A stretch of 64,000 nt of DNA from an uncultured Gammaproteobacteria bacterium (GTDB taxonomy: Bacteria; Patescibacteriota; Microgenomatia; UBA12405), in the NCBI GenBank assembly GCA_964448705.1, contig CAYUZS010000004.1, forward strand, positions 20,105 to 84,104, written 5' to 3'. Below are positions 21,757 to 31,369 of the stretch, piece after piece (positions within the stretch are counted from its first letter, which is position 1; every line of letters begins with the position of its first letter). The translations under genes were made by a program, and so were the position numbers. The notes beneath the pieces were generated by a model, which searched no databases, was not told the origin of the DNA, and was given only the letters and a program-made list of their open reading frames with translations.

Positions 21757-22677
21757 TTAAGTAATCGCTTTAATTTTAATTGGTTCTACTATTTTACCGG
21801 TTAAATTAACATTAATTCTATCGAATTTATACTGTTCTTTTTCTGTAATCACCAAATAGTTTCCATCAGCCATCGGAGTAGTAGTTTTAAATTGCCCTAA
21901 AGAATTGGTTTTTAACACTCTGCTTGGGTTTCCTTTTTCATCTTGAATTTCAATTATTGCTCCCTCAACGATTTTTCCTTCACTGTCTGTTACCATTCCT
22001 ACTACAATGTTTGGAATATCCGGTTTGTCAGGCATTGGTATTTGTCCAAAAACAGTTTTTCCCGTCGCACTCAATTTTTCTGTTTTCAAGTTTAAGTTAA
22101 CCGCTTTATCTTGCCAATTTTCACTGTCGCTCTTTTCATTTAACAATGGTGTTTTTTCTTTTATCGGTTCATCCTGTTGGCTTATTTTAGTCTCTTTAAT
22201 AACCTGCAATTCCTCTTTTTTCTTCTCGGCCAATTCTGTTTCCCGACTCATTTTTACACTCGGTAAAGATTCGATGAACTCTTTTACTTTTTCCTTGTTT
22301 TTAATTGGCAGCGATTCAGTTTCTTCATCTAAAATAACATCATTTACTTTGCTTTTGCTCATGATTAAGTTAATCCAGTCGCTGTCGGGCATTTTCTTGT
22401 AGGTATAGATTGTTGGTGAATAGATCGATTTAATAAAAGACCTTATCCATAAATCTAATGGTCTGTCCTGAAAGGGGACAAAGGCTAACAATAGTCCGCC
22501 GCCGCCGCAAATAATCATTAATGGCCATTTTAAAAAGAAAATTAAATGAGAAGCATTAATTAATAACGCCAGCACAATACCCACCGCCGCTTTCAAAAAT
22601 TGTTTTAATGTCATGTCTCCCACCAGCTTAAACTCATACGAGCTTATCTGTTGAGGAATTGCATGTTGTTCCATCAC
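21757..22677 (-). CDS. PrgI-family protein with C-terminal carboxypeptidase-regulatory-like domain
   Basis: QHAIPQQISSYEFKLVGDMTLKQF, two TM segments; C-terminal G.V.D..GK.VEGA.I. Confidence 0.82.
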   Translation of the reverse strand: MMEQHAIPQQISSYEFKLVGDMTLKQFLKAAVGIVLALLINASHLIFFLKWPLMIICGGGGLLLAFVPFQDRPLDLWIRSFIKSIYSPTIYTYKKMPDSDWINLIMSKSKVNDVILDEETESLPIKNKEKVKEFIESLPSVKMSRETELAEKKKEELQVIKETKISQQDEPIKEKTPLLNEKSDSENWQDKAVNLNLKTEKLSATGKTVFGQIPMPDKPDIPNIVVGMVTDSEGKIVEGAIIEIQDEKGNPSRVLKTNSLGQFKTTTPMADGNYLVITEKEQYKFDRINVNLTGKIVEPIKIKAIT

Positions 22678-22757
22678 TAAATTCTATCTTAACCTTCCTT
22701 TTTTATAAACTTTCAACTTTACGAACTTTCAACTTTATAAACTTGATAAACTACTCT

Positions 22758-23699
22758 ATGTCTCACCTTGTTATTGTCGATGGCCATGCTATTGCTCATC
22801 GTGCCTACCATTCTATTCCTCCGCTTTCCAAAGACGGTCAGCCGGTCAACGCTCTTTATGGTTTCTATTCTATGCTTCTATCGTCTCTTGAAATCCTCAA
22901 ACCTGATTATTTAATAGTTTGTCTCGACTCTCCCGGTCCTACCTTTCGCCAGTCTGAGTTTATTGGCTACCGCGCCCAAAGAAAGCCTGCCGATCACGAT
23001 TTGATTTCTCAGTTGCCTATAATTCCAAAAACACTGGAAACTGCCGGTATAAATAATTTTTCTCTCGGTGGTTTTGAAGCTGACGATCTCATTGGTACTC
23101 TAGCTCGTCGTAGTTTGTTAAAAAAATTCTCAAAATCAAAAAAACCTCTCATTTCCAAAATCACCATTATTACTGGTGATAAAGACTTGATGCAGTTGGT
23201 TAATCCTCAAGTTTCGCTTTTTGTCCCTATTCGTGGTTTATCAGAAACAAAAATTTTTGGTCCCGCTGAAGTTAAAGAAAAATTAGGTGTTACCGCAGAC
23301 CAGGTCGTCGATCTTAAAGCTTTAATGGGAGATATGTCCGACAATTATCCTGGTGTTGCCGGTATTGGTCCGAAAAATGCTGTCGAACTCCTTGATAAAT
23401 ATCAAAATTTGGACAGTATTTATTCTCATCTAGACGATATTAAACCAATCATCCGTGAAAAATTAATAAAAGATCGTGATAACGCTTATCTTTCGCAAAA
23501 ACTGGCTACTATCATCACCAATATTCCCATAAAATTTAACCTAAGATCTGCCAAAGTAGGTAAATCAACTTATTTTGGTTTAAACAATCTTTTTATGGAA
23601 TACAATTTCAAGTCTCTCCTAAATCGTCTCAACAGTCGTCACCCTCAAGTTACAAAATCAAAAAATAAACCAGACTCAAATCAGGCTTCATTGTTTTAA
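22758..23699 (+). CDS. Stand-alone 5'-3' exonuclease (PolA N-terminal domain / FEN)
   Basis: DGHAIAHRAYH, EADDLIG, TGDKDL, GD.SDNYPGV.GIGPK; no polymerase domain; ATG at 22758. Confidence 0.92.
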   Translation: MSHLVIVDGHAIAHRAYHSIPPLSKDGQPVNALYGFYSMLLSSLEILKPDYLIVCLDSPGPTFRQSEFIGYRAQRKPADHDLISQLPIIPKTLETAGINNFSLGGFEADDLIGTLARRSLLKKFSKSKKPLISKITIITGDKDLMQLVNPQVSLFVPIRGLSETKIFGPAEVKEKLGVTADQVVDLKALMGDMSDNYPGVAGIGPKNAVELLDKYQNLDSIYSHLDDIKPIIREKLIKDRDNAYLSQKLATIITNIPIKFNLRSAKVGKSTYFGLNNLFMEYNFKSLLNRLNSRHPQVTKSKNKPDSNQASLF

Positions 23700-23730
23700 T
23701 CTGTTCTTCTTAATTTTGTTATCATAAGGC

Positions 23731-24855
23731 ATGAAGATTGCCCTAGTCCATGACTACCTTAAAGATTACGGTGGAGCCGAATCAGTTCTGGAAACTTTAA
23801 GTGATATTTTCCCGGAAGCTCATATTTTTACTTCTGTTTACGCCCCAAAATATTTTGGTCCTCATCGTGCTCGTCTTGAAAAAAAATGGCATGGCCGTAT
23901 CCATCAAAGTTTTATCGGTTATTTTCCTTTATCTCCTAAGCTTCTCAGCCCTCTGCGCTTTTTATCTCCTCTTCTCTTCAAATCCTTTGACTTTTCCGGC
24001 TACGATCTGATTATTACTTCCGCTACCGGTGCTTTTTTTCCCAATTCTTTGAATAAAAAATCGGCTCGTCTAATCTGTTATTGCCACACCCCTCCGCGAT
24101 ATCTTTATGGTTTGGTAACCGCCCGTTCTCTCGATTGTTGGTTCTATCGTTTAATAAATATTCCTTTGCAGTTTGTCCTTCATTTTTACCGTCTTTTTGA
24201 TTTCAAATTTGCTCAAAATGTTGATCAGTTTATTGCCAATTCTGCCACAACCGCCGCCCGCATCAAAAAATTTTATCGTCGCTCTGCTGTCATTATTAAT
24301 CCTCCTGTCAGTATTCCTAATCTGCCTGCCCTGTCAAGGGAAGGTAGCCGTAGGTCGGAAGGGTTATTTTATCTTACCGGTGGTCGCCTTGCCCGTGCCA
24401 AACGTTACGATATCGCCATCTCTGCTTGTAAAAAACTAAATCTTCCTCTTAAAATTTTTGGTCGTGATTTTGCTGGTTACGAGGCAGAGTTAAAAAAACT
24501 TGCCGGTTCAAAAGTTGAGTTTTTAGGTGAAATTACCAATGAACAAAAATTTCAACTTTTAAGTCAAGCCCAAGCTTTCATTTTTCCCTCCGACAATGAA
24601 GATTTTGGCATTGCTCCGGTTGAAGCTATGGCTTGTGGCACCCCTGTTGTTGGTTATCGCAGTGGTGGAACAGCTGAAACTGTTTTAGATGGTAAAACCG
24701 GAGTTTTGTTCGATAAACTTACTCCTGAATCCTGTGCTCAGGCTATTCAAAAACTTTCTCGGATCAAAATCAGTTCCGACAATTGCCGTTCCCGTGCCAA
24801 GGCTTTCTCTAAAGATGAATTCGTAAGAAAAATTACTAAAATCATTAAATCTTAA
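23731..24855 (+). CDS. Glycosyltransferase family 4
   Basis: [32 protein letters not shown]. Confidence 0.93.
   Translation: MKIALVHDYLKDYGGAESVLETLSDIFPEAHIFTSVYAPKYFGPHRARLEKKWHGRIHQSFIGYFPLSPKLLSPLRFLSPLLFKSFDFSGYDLIITSATGAFFPNSLNKKSARLICYCHTPPRYLYGLVTARSLDCWFYRLINIPLQFVLHFYRLFDFKFAQNVDQFIANSATTAARIKKFYRRSAVIINPPVSIPNLPALSREGSRRSEGLFYLTGGRLARAKRYDIAISACKKLNLPLKIFGRDFAGYEAELKKLAGSKVEFLGEITNEQKFQLLSQAQAFIFPSDNEDFGIAPVEAMACGTPVVGYRSGGTAETVLDGKTGVLFDKLTPESCAQAIQKLSRIKISSDNCRSRAKAFSKDEFVRKITKIIKS
24322..24365. repeat. REP-like GC-rich palindrome embedded in-frame in the GT4 gene
   Basis: Hairpin ctgcctgccct-gtca-agggaaggtag followed by ccgtaggtcggaagggtt; encodes [14 protein letters not shown]. 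Confidence 0.5.
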
Positions 24856-25811
24856 TTTTTTAACCATCTCTCGGCATCCAGTCCCGCCTTCGCCCCGTCT
24901 CCGGCTGCCACAATTGCCTGTCGATAAACATCATCCACACAATCTCCGGCTGCAAAAATGCCTTCCTTTGAAGTCATTGTTAAAAATTCAGGATTTTTTC
25001 CGGTTAAAATTTGTCCGGTTTCTTTGGTTTCTACCATACCCTTCACAAATTCAGTTTCCGGGGTATGTCCTATTGCCACAAACATTCCATCAATTATTAA
25101 TTCTCTTTCCTCACCGGTTTTATTATTTTTAATCTTTATGGACTCTAATTTTTCTTCCCCATGAATTTCACTTACTTCGTTATTCCATAGAAATTCAATT
25201 TTTTTGTTTTCCGTTACCCGTTTTTTTTGCGGCACTTGCGCCCGAAGTTCATCTCTCCGGTGGATTATATAAACCTTCGATGCAAATTTAGTCAAAAAAT
25301 CCGCATCCTCACAGGCCACATCTCCACCGCCGATCACTGCCACTGTTTTATCTCTAAAAAACATTCCGTCACAGGTTGCGCACCCGGAAATTCCATGGCC
25401 GATTAATTCTCTTTCTTTTGGTATTCCCAACCATTTTGCCTTAGCTCCGGTAGTTATTATCACTGCCTTACTTTTTAAAATTTCACCGTCTTCTAAAGTA
25501 ATTATGAAAATTTTTCTATTGGAGTTTCCTTCAGAGGCGATTGTTTCATCCGAAATGTTTTTAACCAATCCCTGCTTTATTTCTCCGCCCAAATTTTTAA
25601 CCTGTTGCTGCATATCCATCATCAATTTCACTCCACCGGTTCCGTTTGTAAATCCTGGCCAATTATCCACCGTAGTTGTAATTGTCAGTTGACCTCCCGG
25701 AGTATTTCCCGAGATTACGATAGTCTTTAAATTTGCTCTGATATTATAAATAGCTGCTGTCAGTCCGGCCGGTCCCGAACCGATGATAATTGTGTCATAA
25801 ATTTCTTGCAT
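24852..25811 (-). CDS. trxB: Thioredoxin reductase
   Basis: GSGPAG, CATCDG, GGGD.A.E, HRRD, GIFAAGD. Confidence 0.96.
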   Translation of the reverse strand: MQEIYDTIIIGSGPAGLTAAIYNIRANLKTIVISGNTPGGQLTITTTVDNWPGFTNGTGGVKLMMDMQQQVKNLGGEIKQGLVKNISDETIASEGNSNRKIFIITLEDGEILKSKAVIITTGAKAKWLGIPKERELIGHGISGCATCDGMFFRDKTVAVIGGGDVACEDADFLTKFASKVYIIHRRDELRAQVPQKKRVTENKKIEFLWNNEVSEIHGEEKLESIKIKNNKTGEERELIIDGMFVAIGHTPETEFVKGMVETKETGQILTGKNPEFLTMTSKEGIFAAGDCVDDVYRQAIVAAGDGAKAGLDAERWLKN

Positions 25812-25894
25812 AATACTAATTTTACAGTAACCGTCAATTTTTTAAGTTTCTAAATTATCTTGCTAATTTCTCTTTATTCATTAATAATTAAACG

Positions 25895-26815
25895 ATGTCC
25901 CGTGATAGCCGTAAAGTTTTTTCCTTTGTCCTTAAAATAATTTCTGATCGTTGGGGTTTGTTTTTTTGGTTGTTTGTTCGTTTTGTTTCTGCCATTCTCC
26001 CTTTAGTTACTATTTATCTTTATTCCTTAGTTGTCGGTCAGTTGGAAAAAAAACTTTCTCTCTCTCTTCTTACGCTTACTATTCTGGCTACCTTTATTGT
26101 CCGTATTGTTGATAATTATCTCCGTTTGCTTTCCATTTCCAAATTAGAAATAGTCATCAGCAACATCAGTTTTGATATCCACAATTATTTTCTTTCTGAT
26201 TTAGATTCCAAGAGTAAAGAGGATCGTCATGCTGCTGTTCAGGCCGTTCGTAATTTTTCTGATGCCTCATCCGTCACTTTGAATTTAATCAAACAACCTG
26301 GTGTCGATAGTATTGTCTCTTTCATTTTCATCCCTTTTATTCTTCTCTTCCAGGATTTTCCTTCTTTTGTCATCACCGTAGCTTATATTGCAGTTTATTT
26401 CAGTATCGATACCTACACCACTCAACGTTATTCAGAATTAAAAGATATTCAGAATACTAAAACTGAAGCTTATTATGCCAAACTTCAGGATAGTAATGAT
26501 TTTGATTTGGAACAAACTGCTTATACCCGCCATTTTGACCGTTTAAGTCGTTGGGGTACTACTGAATGGTTTTCTTTGCAAAATTCTGCAGTTTTTTTCT
26601 ATTGTTTAAATCTTTTTTACTTGGTTTACCAAGTCTCTCTTGGTCAACAAAGTTTATCCGGTTTAGTTTTGGTTATGGGATATGTTTCTCAGACTCAAAC
26701 CTTTCTCAATTCCTTTTCCCAAATACTTGATAGCTTAACGGACATGAGTGTTGGTCTAAAACATTTGGCTAAAAATCCGGTTGTTTCTGTTATCGATCTT
26801 GATGATTTGATTTAA
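25895..26815 (+). CDS. Membrane protein resembling an ABC-exporter TM domain without an NBD
   Basis: About six TM segments in an exporter-like layout, ending SLSGLVLVMGY; no Walker motifs. Confidence 0.55.
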   Translation: MSRDSRKVFSFVLKIISDRWGLFFWLFVRFVSAILPLVTIYLYSLVVGQLEKKLSLSLLTLTILATFIVRIVDNYLRLLSISKLEIVISNISFDIHNYFLSDLDSKSKEDRHAAVQAVRNFSDASSVTLNLIKQPGVDSIVSFIFIPFILLFQDFPSFVITVAYIAVYFSIDTYTTQRYSELKDIQNTKTEAYYAKLQDSNDFDLEQTAYTRHFDRLSRWGTTEWFSLQNSAVFFYCLNLFYLVYQVSLGQQSLSGLVLVMGYVSQTQTFLNSFSQILDSLTDMSVGLKHLAKNPVVSVIDLDDLI

Positions 26816-26847
26816 TCACTCTTTTTTTATAAACTTTAAGACAATTT

Positions 26848-27696
26848 ATGCCTGAACTTCCCGAAGTTGAAGTAGTTAAACTTTTTTTAGAGGATAAACT
26901 TCTTCATCACACCATCACTAATCTGGAAATTTTAAATAAAAAATCTTTTTCCGGTGATTTTCAAAAAGTTATTAATCAAAAAATAACTGGTTTTTCCCGT
27001 ATAGGAAAACAGCTTTCCATTCATCTTTCCAATCATCTTATCCTTTTAGTTCATCTAAAAATGACCGGTCAGCTCATCTATGATGGTTATGTTCTTGGTC
27101 ACCCCACTAAAGATTCTTTTGATCCTATGCCCAACAGGTCTACCCGGCTTTACTTTGTTTTTAATGATAATTCCCGGCTTTATTTTAATGACCAACGTAA
27201 ATTTGGTTGGATCAGACTTTTTACTCTACCCGATCTTCAGGAATTTCAAAAAAATCTTGGTTTCGATATTTTCGACCCCAAATTCACTCATGATTATTTT
27301 TTTAATCAACTTCAAAAGACCAGTCGACCTGTCAAAACTGTCCTTTTGGATCAACATTTTTTTGCCGGTATTGGCAATATCTATGCCAACGATGCTTTGT
27401 TTTTGTCCGGTATTCACCCTAAAACTTCATCCAAAAAAATCACCCGTCATGAAGCTTTGAAACTTTATCGTTCCCTTTTATCCATTATGAAACAGTCTAT
27501 TTTAGCCGGTGGTTCTACTGCCAAAGATAATAAATATCTTCGTCCGGATGGTACTTCCGGTAAAAATCAATTTTTCTTTCGTGTTTATGAAAGAAAAGGG
27601 GAGCCTTGTCTTAAATGCCGCTCTCTTATAGGGTATTTTAAACTCGGTGGTCGTGGTACTTTTTACTGTCCTAAATGTCAAAAAATCAAGATATAA
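26848..27696 (+). CDS. mutM: Formamidopyrimidine-DNA glycosylase
   Basis: MPELPEVE, HLKMTG, GIGNIYA, C-terminal zinc finger. Confidence 0.97.
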   Translation: MPELPEVEVVKLFLEDKLLHHTITNLEILNKKSFSGDFQKVINQKITGFSRIGKQLSIHLSNHLILLVHLKMTGQLIYDGYVLGHPTKDSFDPMPNRSTRLYFVFNDNSRLYFNDQRKFGWIRLFTLPDLQEFQKNLGFDIFDPKFTHDYFFNQLQKTSRPVKTVLLDQHFFAGIGNIYANDALFLSGIHPKTSSKKITRHEALKLYRSLLSIMKQSILAGGSTAKDNKYLRPDGTSGKNQFFFRVYERKGEPCLKCRSLIGYFKLGGRGTFYCPKCQKIKI

Positions 27697-27753
27697 TTAC
27701 ACCGTAATTGTTCTCTCCGCTTTTTTTATTTTAAACTTTAAAAGTTATATTTT

Positions 27754-28380
27754 ATGATAAAGACGGTTGTTTTTGATATCGGCAACGTTGTTTGGCGGTA
27801 CCGTCCTTTACAGACTGTTCTCTTTCGTCGTTGGGGAAAAATCTTAAATATTTCTGTCTCTGATTTCAGAAAAAATTTTTTTGAAAAAGATAATCTCTAT
27901 CGCTCTTTCGAAGTTGATTCGCTTAATCTGTCTTCCTGGTTTAAAACCATTGCCCCGCAAACTAATCCTCGGTTACTTTTAAGTGTTCTTGATGACGTTT
28001 ATGGCGATTCTCAAATTTTTTCCAAATATTTAAATTATTCCGTAATTTCATTAATCAAAAATATTCGTCGTCAGGGGATTACTGTCGGCTGTCTTTCTAA
28101 TACCGAAAACTATTTTTATCCTTACTTAAAGAAAAATATTATTTCCTATTTTGATTACAGTATTCTTTCCTGGCAGTCAAAATCCCGAAAACCAGATCCT
28201 GATATTTATCAACAGATTTTTAAATACGTTTCCTGTAATCCTTCGGAAGTTTTATTTATCGACGATGTTCCAAACAACACTTTGGGTGCTCAAAAAGTAG
28301 GCCTCAATACCATTCTTTTCCAAAACTATACTCAACTTAAAAAAGAATTAGTTCCTTACTTAATCAAACCTAACGGGTAA
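27754..28380 (+). CDS. HAD-family phosphatase
   Basis: FDIGNV, LSNT, KPDP.IY, FIDD. Confidence 0.9.
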   Translation: MIKTVVFDIGNVVWRYRPLQTVLFRRWGKILNISVSDFRKNFFEKDNLYRSFEVDSLNLSSWFKTIAPQTNPRLLLSVLDDVYGDSQIFSKYLNYSVISLIKNIRRQGITVGCLSNTENYFYPYLKKNIISYFDYSILSWQSKSRKPDPDIYQQIFKYVSCNPSEVLFIDDVPNNTLGAQKVGLNTILFQNYTQLKKELVPYLIKPNG

Positions 28381-28913
28381 TACCAGGTAAAAGGTTTCTT
28401 ACATACCGGACAAGTGGTTGGGGGTTGTTTTCCGACATGAATATTTCCACAATTCACACATTTCCAGCTCCACTCTGTTTCACTGCTGAACAAGGTATTA
28501 CTATCCATTTTATTCGCGATAATAATATATCTTTCCTCATGTTCTTTTTCTACATTTTTCAAATTTCCAAAAAGTCGTGTTGGTTCTGCGGCTCCGTCTT
28601 GTTTAGCTTGTTCCTCAAAATCGGGATACATGGTTGTCCATTCATATTTTTCTCCTTCTGCCGCCATTTTTAAATTGTCAATGGTTTTTGCAAAAGTTTT
28701 AATATTTACATCAGTTTGAATTTCAATCGGTCCTTCGATCATCTCAAATAGCTCCTCAGCATGGGCTTTTTCGTTGTCAGCAGTTTCTTCAAAAATCCTG
28801 GCGACCCACTCTTGGCCTTCTTTTCTGGCTATTTTTGCAAACGTCGTATATTTATTTCTGGCAATACTTTCACCGGTAAATGCTCTAAGTAGATTTTCTT
28901 GTGTTTTAGTCAT
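28356..28913 (-). CDS. Rubrerythrin
   Basis: AFTGESIARNKY, E..H pairs, C-terminal CxxC...CPVC rubredoxin domain; ATG at 28913. Confidence 0.93.
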   Translation of the reverse strand: MTKTQENLLRAFTGESIARNKYTTFAKIARKEGQEWVARIFEETADNEKAHAEELFEMIEGPIEIQTDVNIKTFAKTIDNLKMAAEGEKYEWTTMYPDFEEQAKQDGAAEPTRLFGNLKNVEKEHEERYIIIANKMDSNTLFSSETEWSWKCVNCGNIHVGKQPPTTCPVCKKPFTWYYPLGLIK

Positions 28914-28948
28914 AAAAAGATAATACCATAAGCGTAGTATACTAAGGC

Positions 28949-29311
28949 ATGGATTGCGATCGTCACTGCCATTGTCATGGTAAATGCCAACTCCTTGGTG
29001 GTTTGGAGCAAAAAATAATGAATGTTCTTTGGGAATCTTCAAAACCCCTTAAACCTTCCGCTGTTTTAAAAAAAATGGCGGGGGATTATGCCTATACCAC
29101 TATTATGACTGTTCTTAAACGAATGTCAGATAAGAAATTTGTTTCTCGTCATTTAGTTGGAAATGCCTATGTTTATTCTCCGATGAAAGACAAAGAATCA
29201 TTTTCCCGGGAAACTCTTGATGATCTTTTCCTTCGTCTTTTTGAAAGTTATGGTTCCGCCGTCACCGATTCTTATCAACATGTCTCCAAAAAGTTAGGTT
29301 TTCGCAAATAA
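28949..29311 (+). CDS. BlaI/MecI/CopY-family repressor with Cys/His-rich N-terminus
   Basis: LG.LE..IM..LW, AYTTIMTVLKR, AYVYSP; begins MDCDRHCHCHGKC. Confidence 0.88.
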   Translation: MDCDRHCHCHGKCQLLGGLEQKIMNVLWESSKPLKPSAVLKKMAGDYAYTTIMTVLKRMSDKKFVSRHLVGNAYVYSPMKDKESFSRETLDDLFLRLFESYGSAVTDSYQHVSKKLGFRK

Positions 29312-29361
29312 TTCTTTCCCCAGCTTTGTATTTTTTCTTTTTAATCTCTGTCATATTATAA

Positions 29362-29973
29362 TTGTTCATGATTAAGGCTGTAACTTTTGATCTTGATGGT
29401 GTTTATTTTACTTCCGACAGTTATTCGCGTTTCAAACATGCTTTGCCAAAAAACATTTCCAATGACTCCGTTGTCGACTTAGTTCTTTCCTCATCTCAAC
29501 AGATGATGGCCTTCAAAAAAGGGGAATTGTCGGAATCTGATTATTGGGAATATGTTAACCGTAACCTTGGTGCCGATCTCGACATTCCTCGGATTTCCCA
29601 ACTTTTATCAGACAGTTATCGCCTTAATGATCTGGTTGTCGATACTGTCAGAAAAGTCCGTTCCTTAGGTATAAAAACTTGTATCTGTACCAACAACTTT
29701 CCCACACGGATTGATGCTCTTAATTCCAAATTTGGTTTTCTTTCAGATTTTGACGTCAAAGTTATCTCTTACCAGCTTCATTCACTCAAACCTGATCCGC
29801 TTATCTTTGAAACTCTCATTAAGCAGTCCCGCTGTCTGCCGGAAGAAATAATTTTTGCTGATGATAAGCTTGCTAATGTTGCTGCTGCAAAAAATTTGGG
29901 TATCAACGCTTTTCTTTATCAGGGTTTCGATGGTTTTGTCAAAAACCTCCAGCTTTCCGGCATCTCTATCTAG
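29362..29973 (+). CDS. HAD-family phosphatase
   Basis: FDLDGV, CTNN, KPDP.IF, FADD. Confidence 0.9.
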   Translation: MFMIKAVTFDLDGVYFTSDSYSRFKHALPKNISNDSVVDLVLSSSQQMMAFKKGELSESDYWEYVNRNLGADLDIPRISQLLSDSYRLNDLVVDTVRKVRSLGIKTCICTNNFPTRIDALNSKFGFLSDFDVKVISYQLHSLKPDPLIFETLIKQSRCLPEEIIFADDKLANVAAAKNLGINAFLYQGFDGFVKNLQLSGISI

Positions 29974-30013
29974 ATGTTGACAATTTTTTGTACACTACTA
30001 CAATTGTAGTACA

Positions 30014-31369
30014 ATGTCTTCCTCCATCAAGTCCTGCAGTTTTTATGTTTCGGGTACCCACTGTCGTTCCTGTGAACTGCTCATTGAAAAAGAAATCTCC
30101 CACCTTCCGGGTATAATTTCCGTCTCCGCTTCCACTAAAAATAAAAAAGTTGTTATTAAATATCAAAAACAACAGCCGAGTCTTACTCTTTTAAATAAAT
30201 TATTCAAAGATAACCAATATGTTTTTAGTCATGATGGCACTGTATCTGAAGTTAAAATCAATCCCTTTTACAGTTTTTTAATTGCTTTTGGTTTTATTGC
30301 TATATTCTATTTTTTACAAAAAGAAAATTTTTTATCTTCTTTCCAGATTAGTAAATCTTCTTTTTCTCCCGCCTTTTTTATTTTCGGTCTTTTAGCCGGT
30401 TTTTCTACCTGCGCCGCTCTGGTAGGTGGTCTCGTTTTGTCGCTTTCCCGTCAATGGAACCGTCTCTCTTCTTCTTCTGATTCTCTTTTTCATCGGCTTC
30501 AGCCGGTTTTAGCATTTAATTTGGGCCGTTTATTTTCTTTTACGGTTTTGGGTGCTCTTTTAGGCTATTTTGGTAGTTTTTTTCAACTTTCCCTTACTAC
30601 CGGAGCAGTTATCACGATTTTAGTTTCAGTTTTAATGTTGGTTTTAGGATTACAGATGATTGGTGTTAAAGCTTTAGACTCTTTTCAATTAGCCCTCCCA
30701 AAATCTTTTACCGGTAAACTGGTTGATGAAACCCGTTTTCATGGCCGTTTTGTCCCTTTTATTCTTGGCGGTTTAACGTTCTTTCTGCCTTGCGGTTTCA
30801 CCCTAACCTCTCAGTCACTGGCTCTGGCTTCAAGTAATCCCATTCAGGGAGCACTGATTATGTTTTTCTTTTCTCTGGGTACTTTTCTACCTTTATTGTT
30901 AATTGGTCTTGGCAGTGTCAAGTTCTTTTCTAATCAGGTTTCTTCTAAATATTTTTCTCAGGTTGCCGGGATCTTGGTCATTTTTTTTGCTTTGTTTAAT
31001 TTCAAATCTCAGCTGATTGTTTTAGGATTCTTTGATACTCAAAAACCTCTAACTGTAAATTCTCAATCAGCTGTTTCCTTGGCTCCTGTTGTCAATGGTA
31101 AATATGTTTTGAAAATGGAAGCCTCTTCTACCGGGTATACCCCAAACACTTTTAAAGTAAAGGCTAATCAACCGATTCGTTGGGAAATTACTGATCGTGG
31201 CACCTCTGGTTGCACTAACGCGGTCATTTCCCGTTCTCTTTTTACCGGATCAATTCAATTAACTCCCGGAATTGTTTCGGTTAAAGAATTTATTTCTCCG
31301 GCAGATCCTGGAATTTATCGCTTTTCATGTTGGATGGGGATGATTTCCGGCACTATTGAGGTTATTTAA
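30014..31369 (+). CDS. HMA + DsbD_2/TauE-like + cupredoxin-like copper-handling protein
   Basis: G.HCRSC, STCAALVGG, FNLGR, FLPCGF, FSCWMGM. Confidence 0.88.
   Translation: MSSSIKSCSFYVSGTHCRSCELLIEKEISHLPGIISVSASTKNKKVVIKYQKQQPSLTLLNKLFKDNQYVFSHDGTVSEVKINPFYSFLIAFGFIAIFYFLQKENFLSSFQISKSSFSPAFFIFGLLAGFSTCAALVGGLVLSLSRQWNRLSSSSDSLFHRLQPVLAFNLGRLFSFTVLGALLGYFGSFFQLSLTTGAVITILVSVLMLVLGLQMIGVKALDSFQLALPKSFTGKLVDETRFHGRFVPFILGGLTFFLPCGFTLTSQSLALASSNPIQGALIMFFFSLGTFLPLLLIGLGSVKFFSNQVSSKYFSQVAGILVIFFALFNFKSQLIVLGFFDTQKPLTVNSQSAVSLAPVVNGKYVLKMEASSTGYTPNTFKVKANQPIRWEITDRGTSGCTNAVISRSLFTGSIQLTPGIVSVKEFISPADPGIYRFSCWMGMISGTIEVI

Noticed and set aside
14076-22677. Integrated conjugative element
   Set aside because: No relaxase, integrase or att sites; composition matches the core genome
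28914-29042. N-terminal extensions in track ORFs for rubrerythrin (also dnaN and the exonuclease)
   Set aside because: They overlap other genes or repeats; family similarity begins at downstream ATGs
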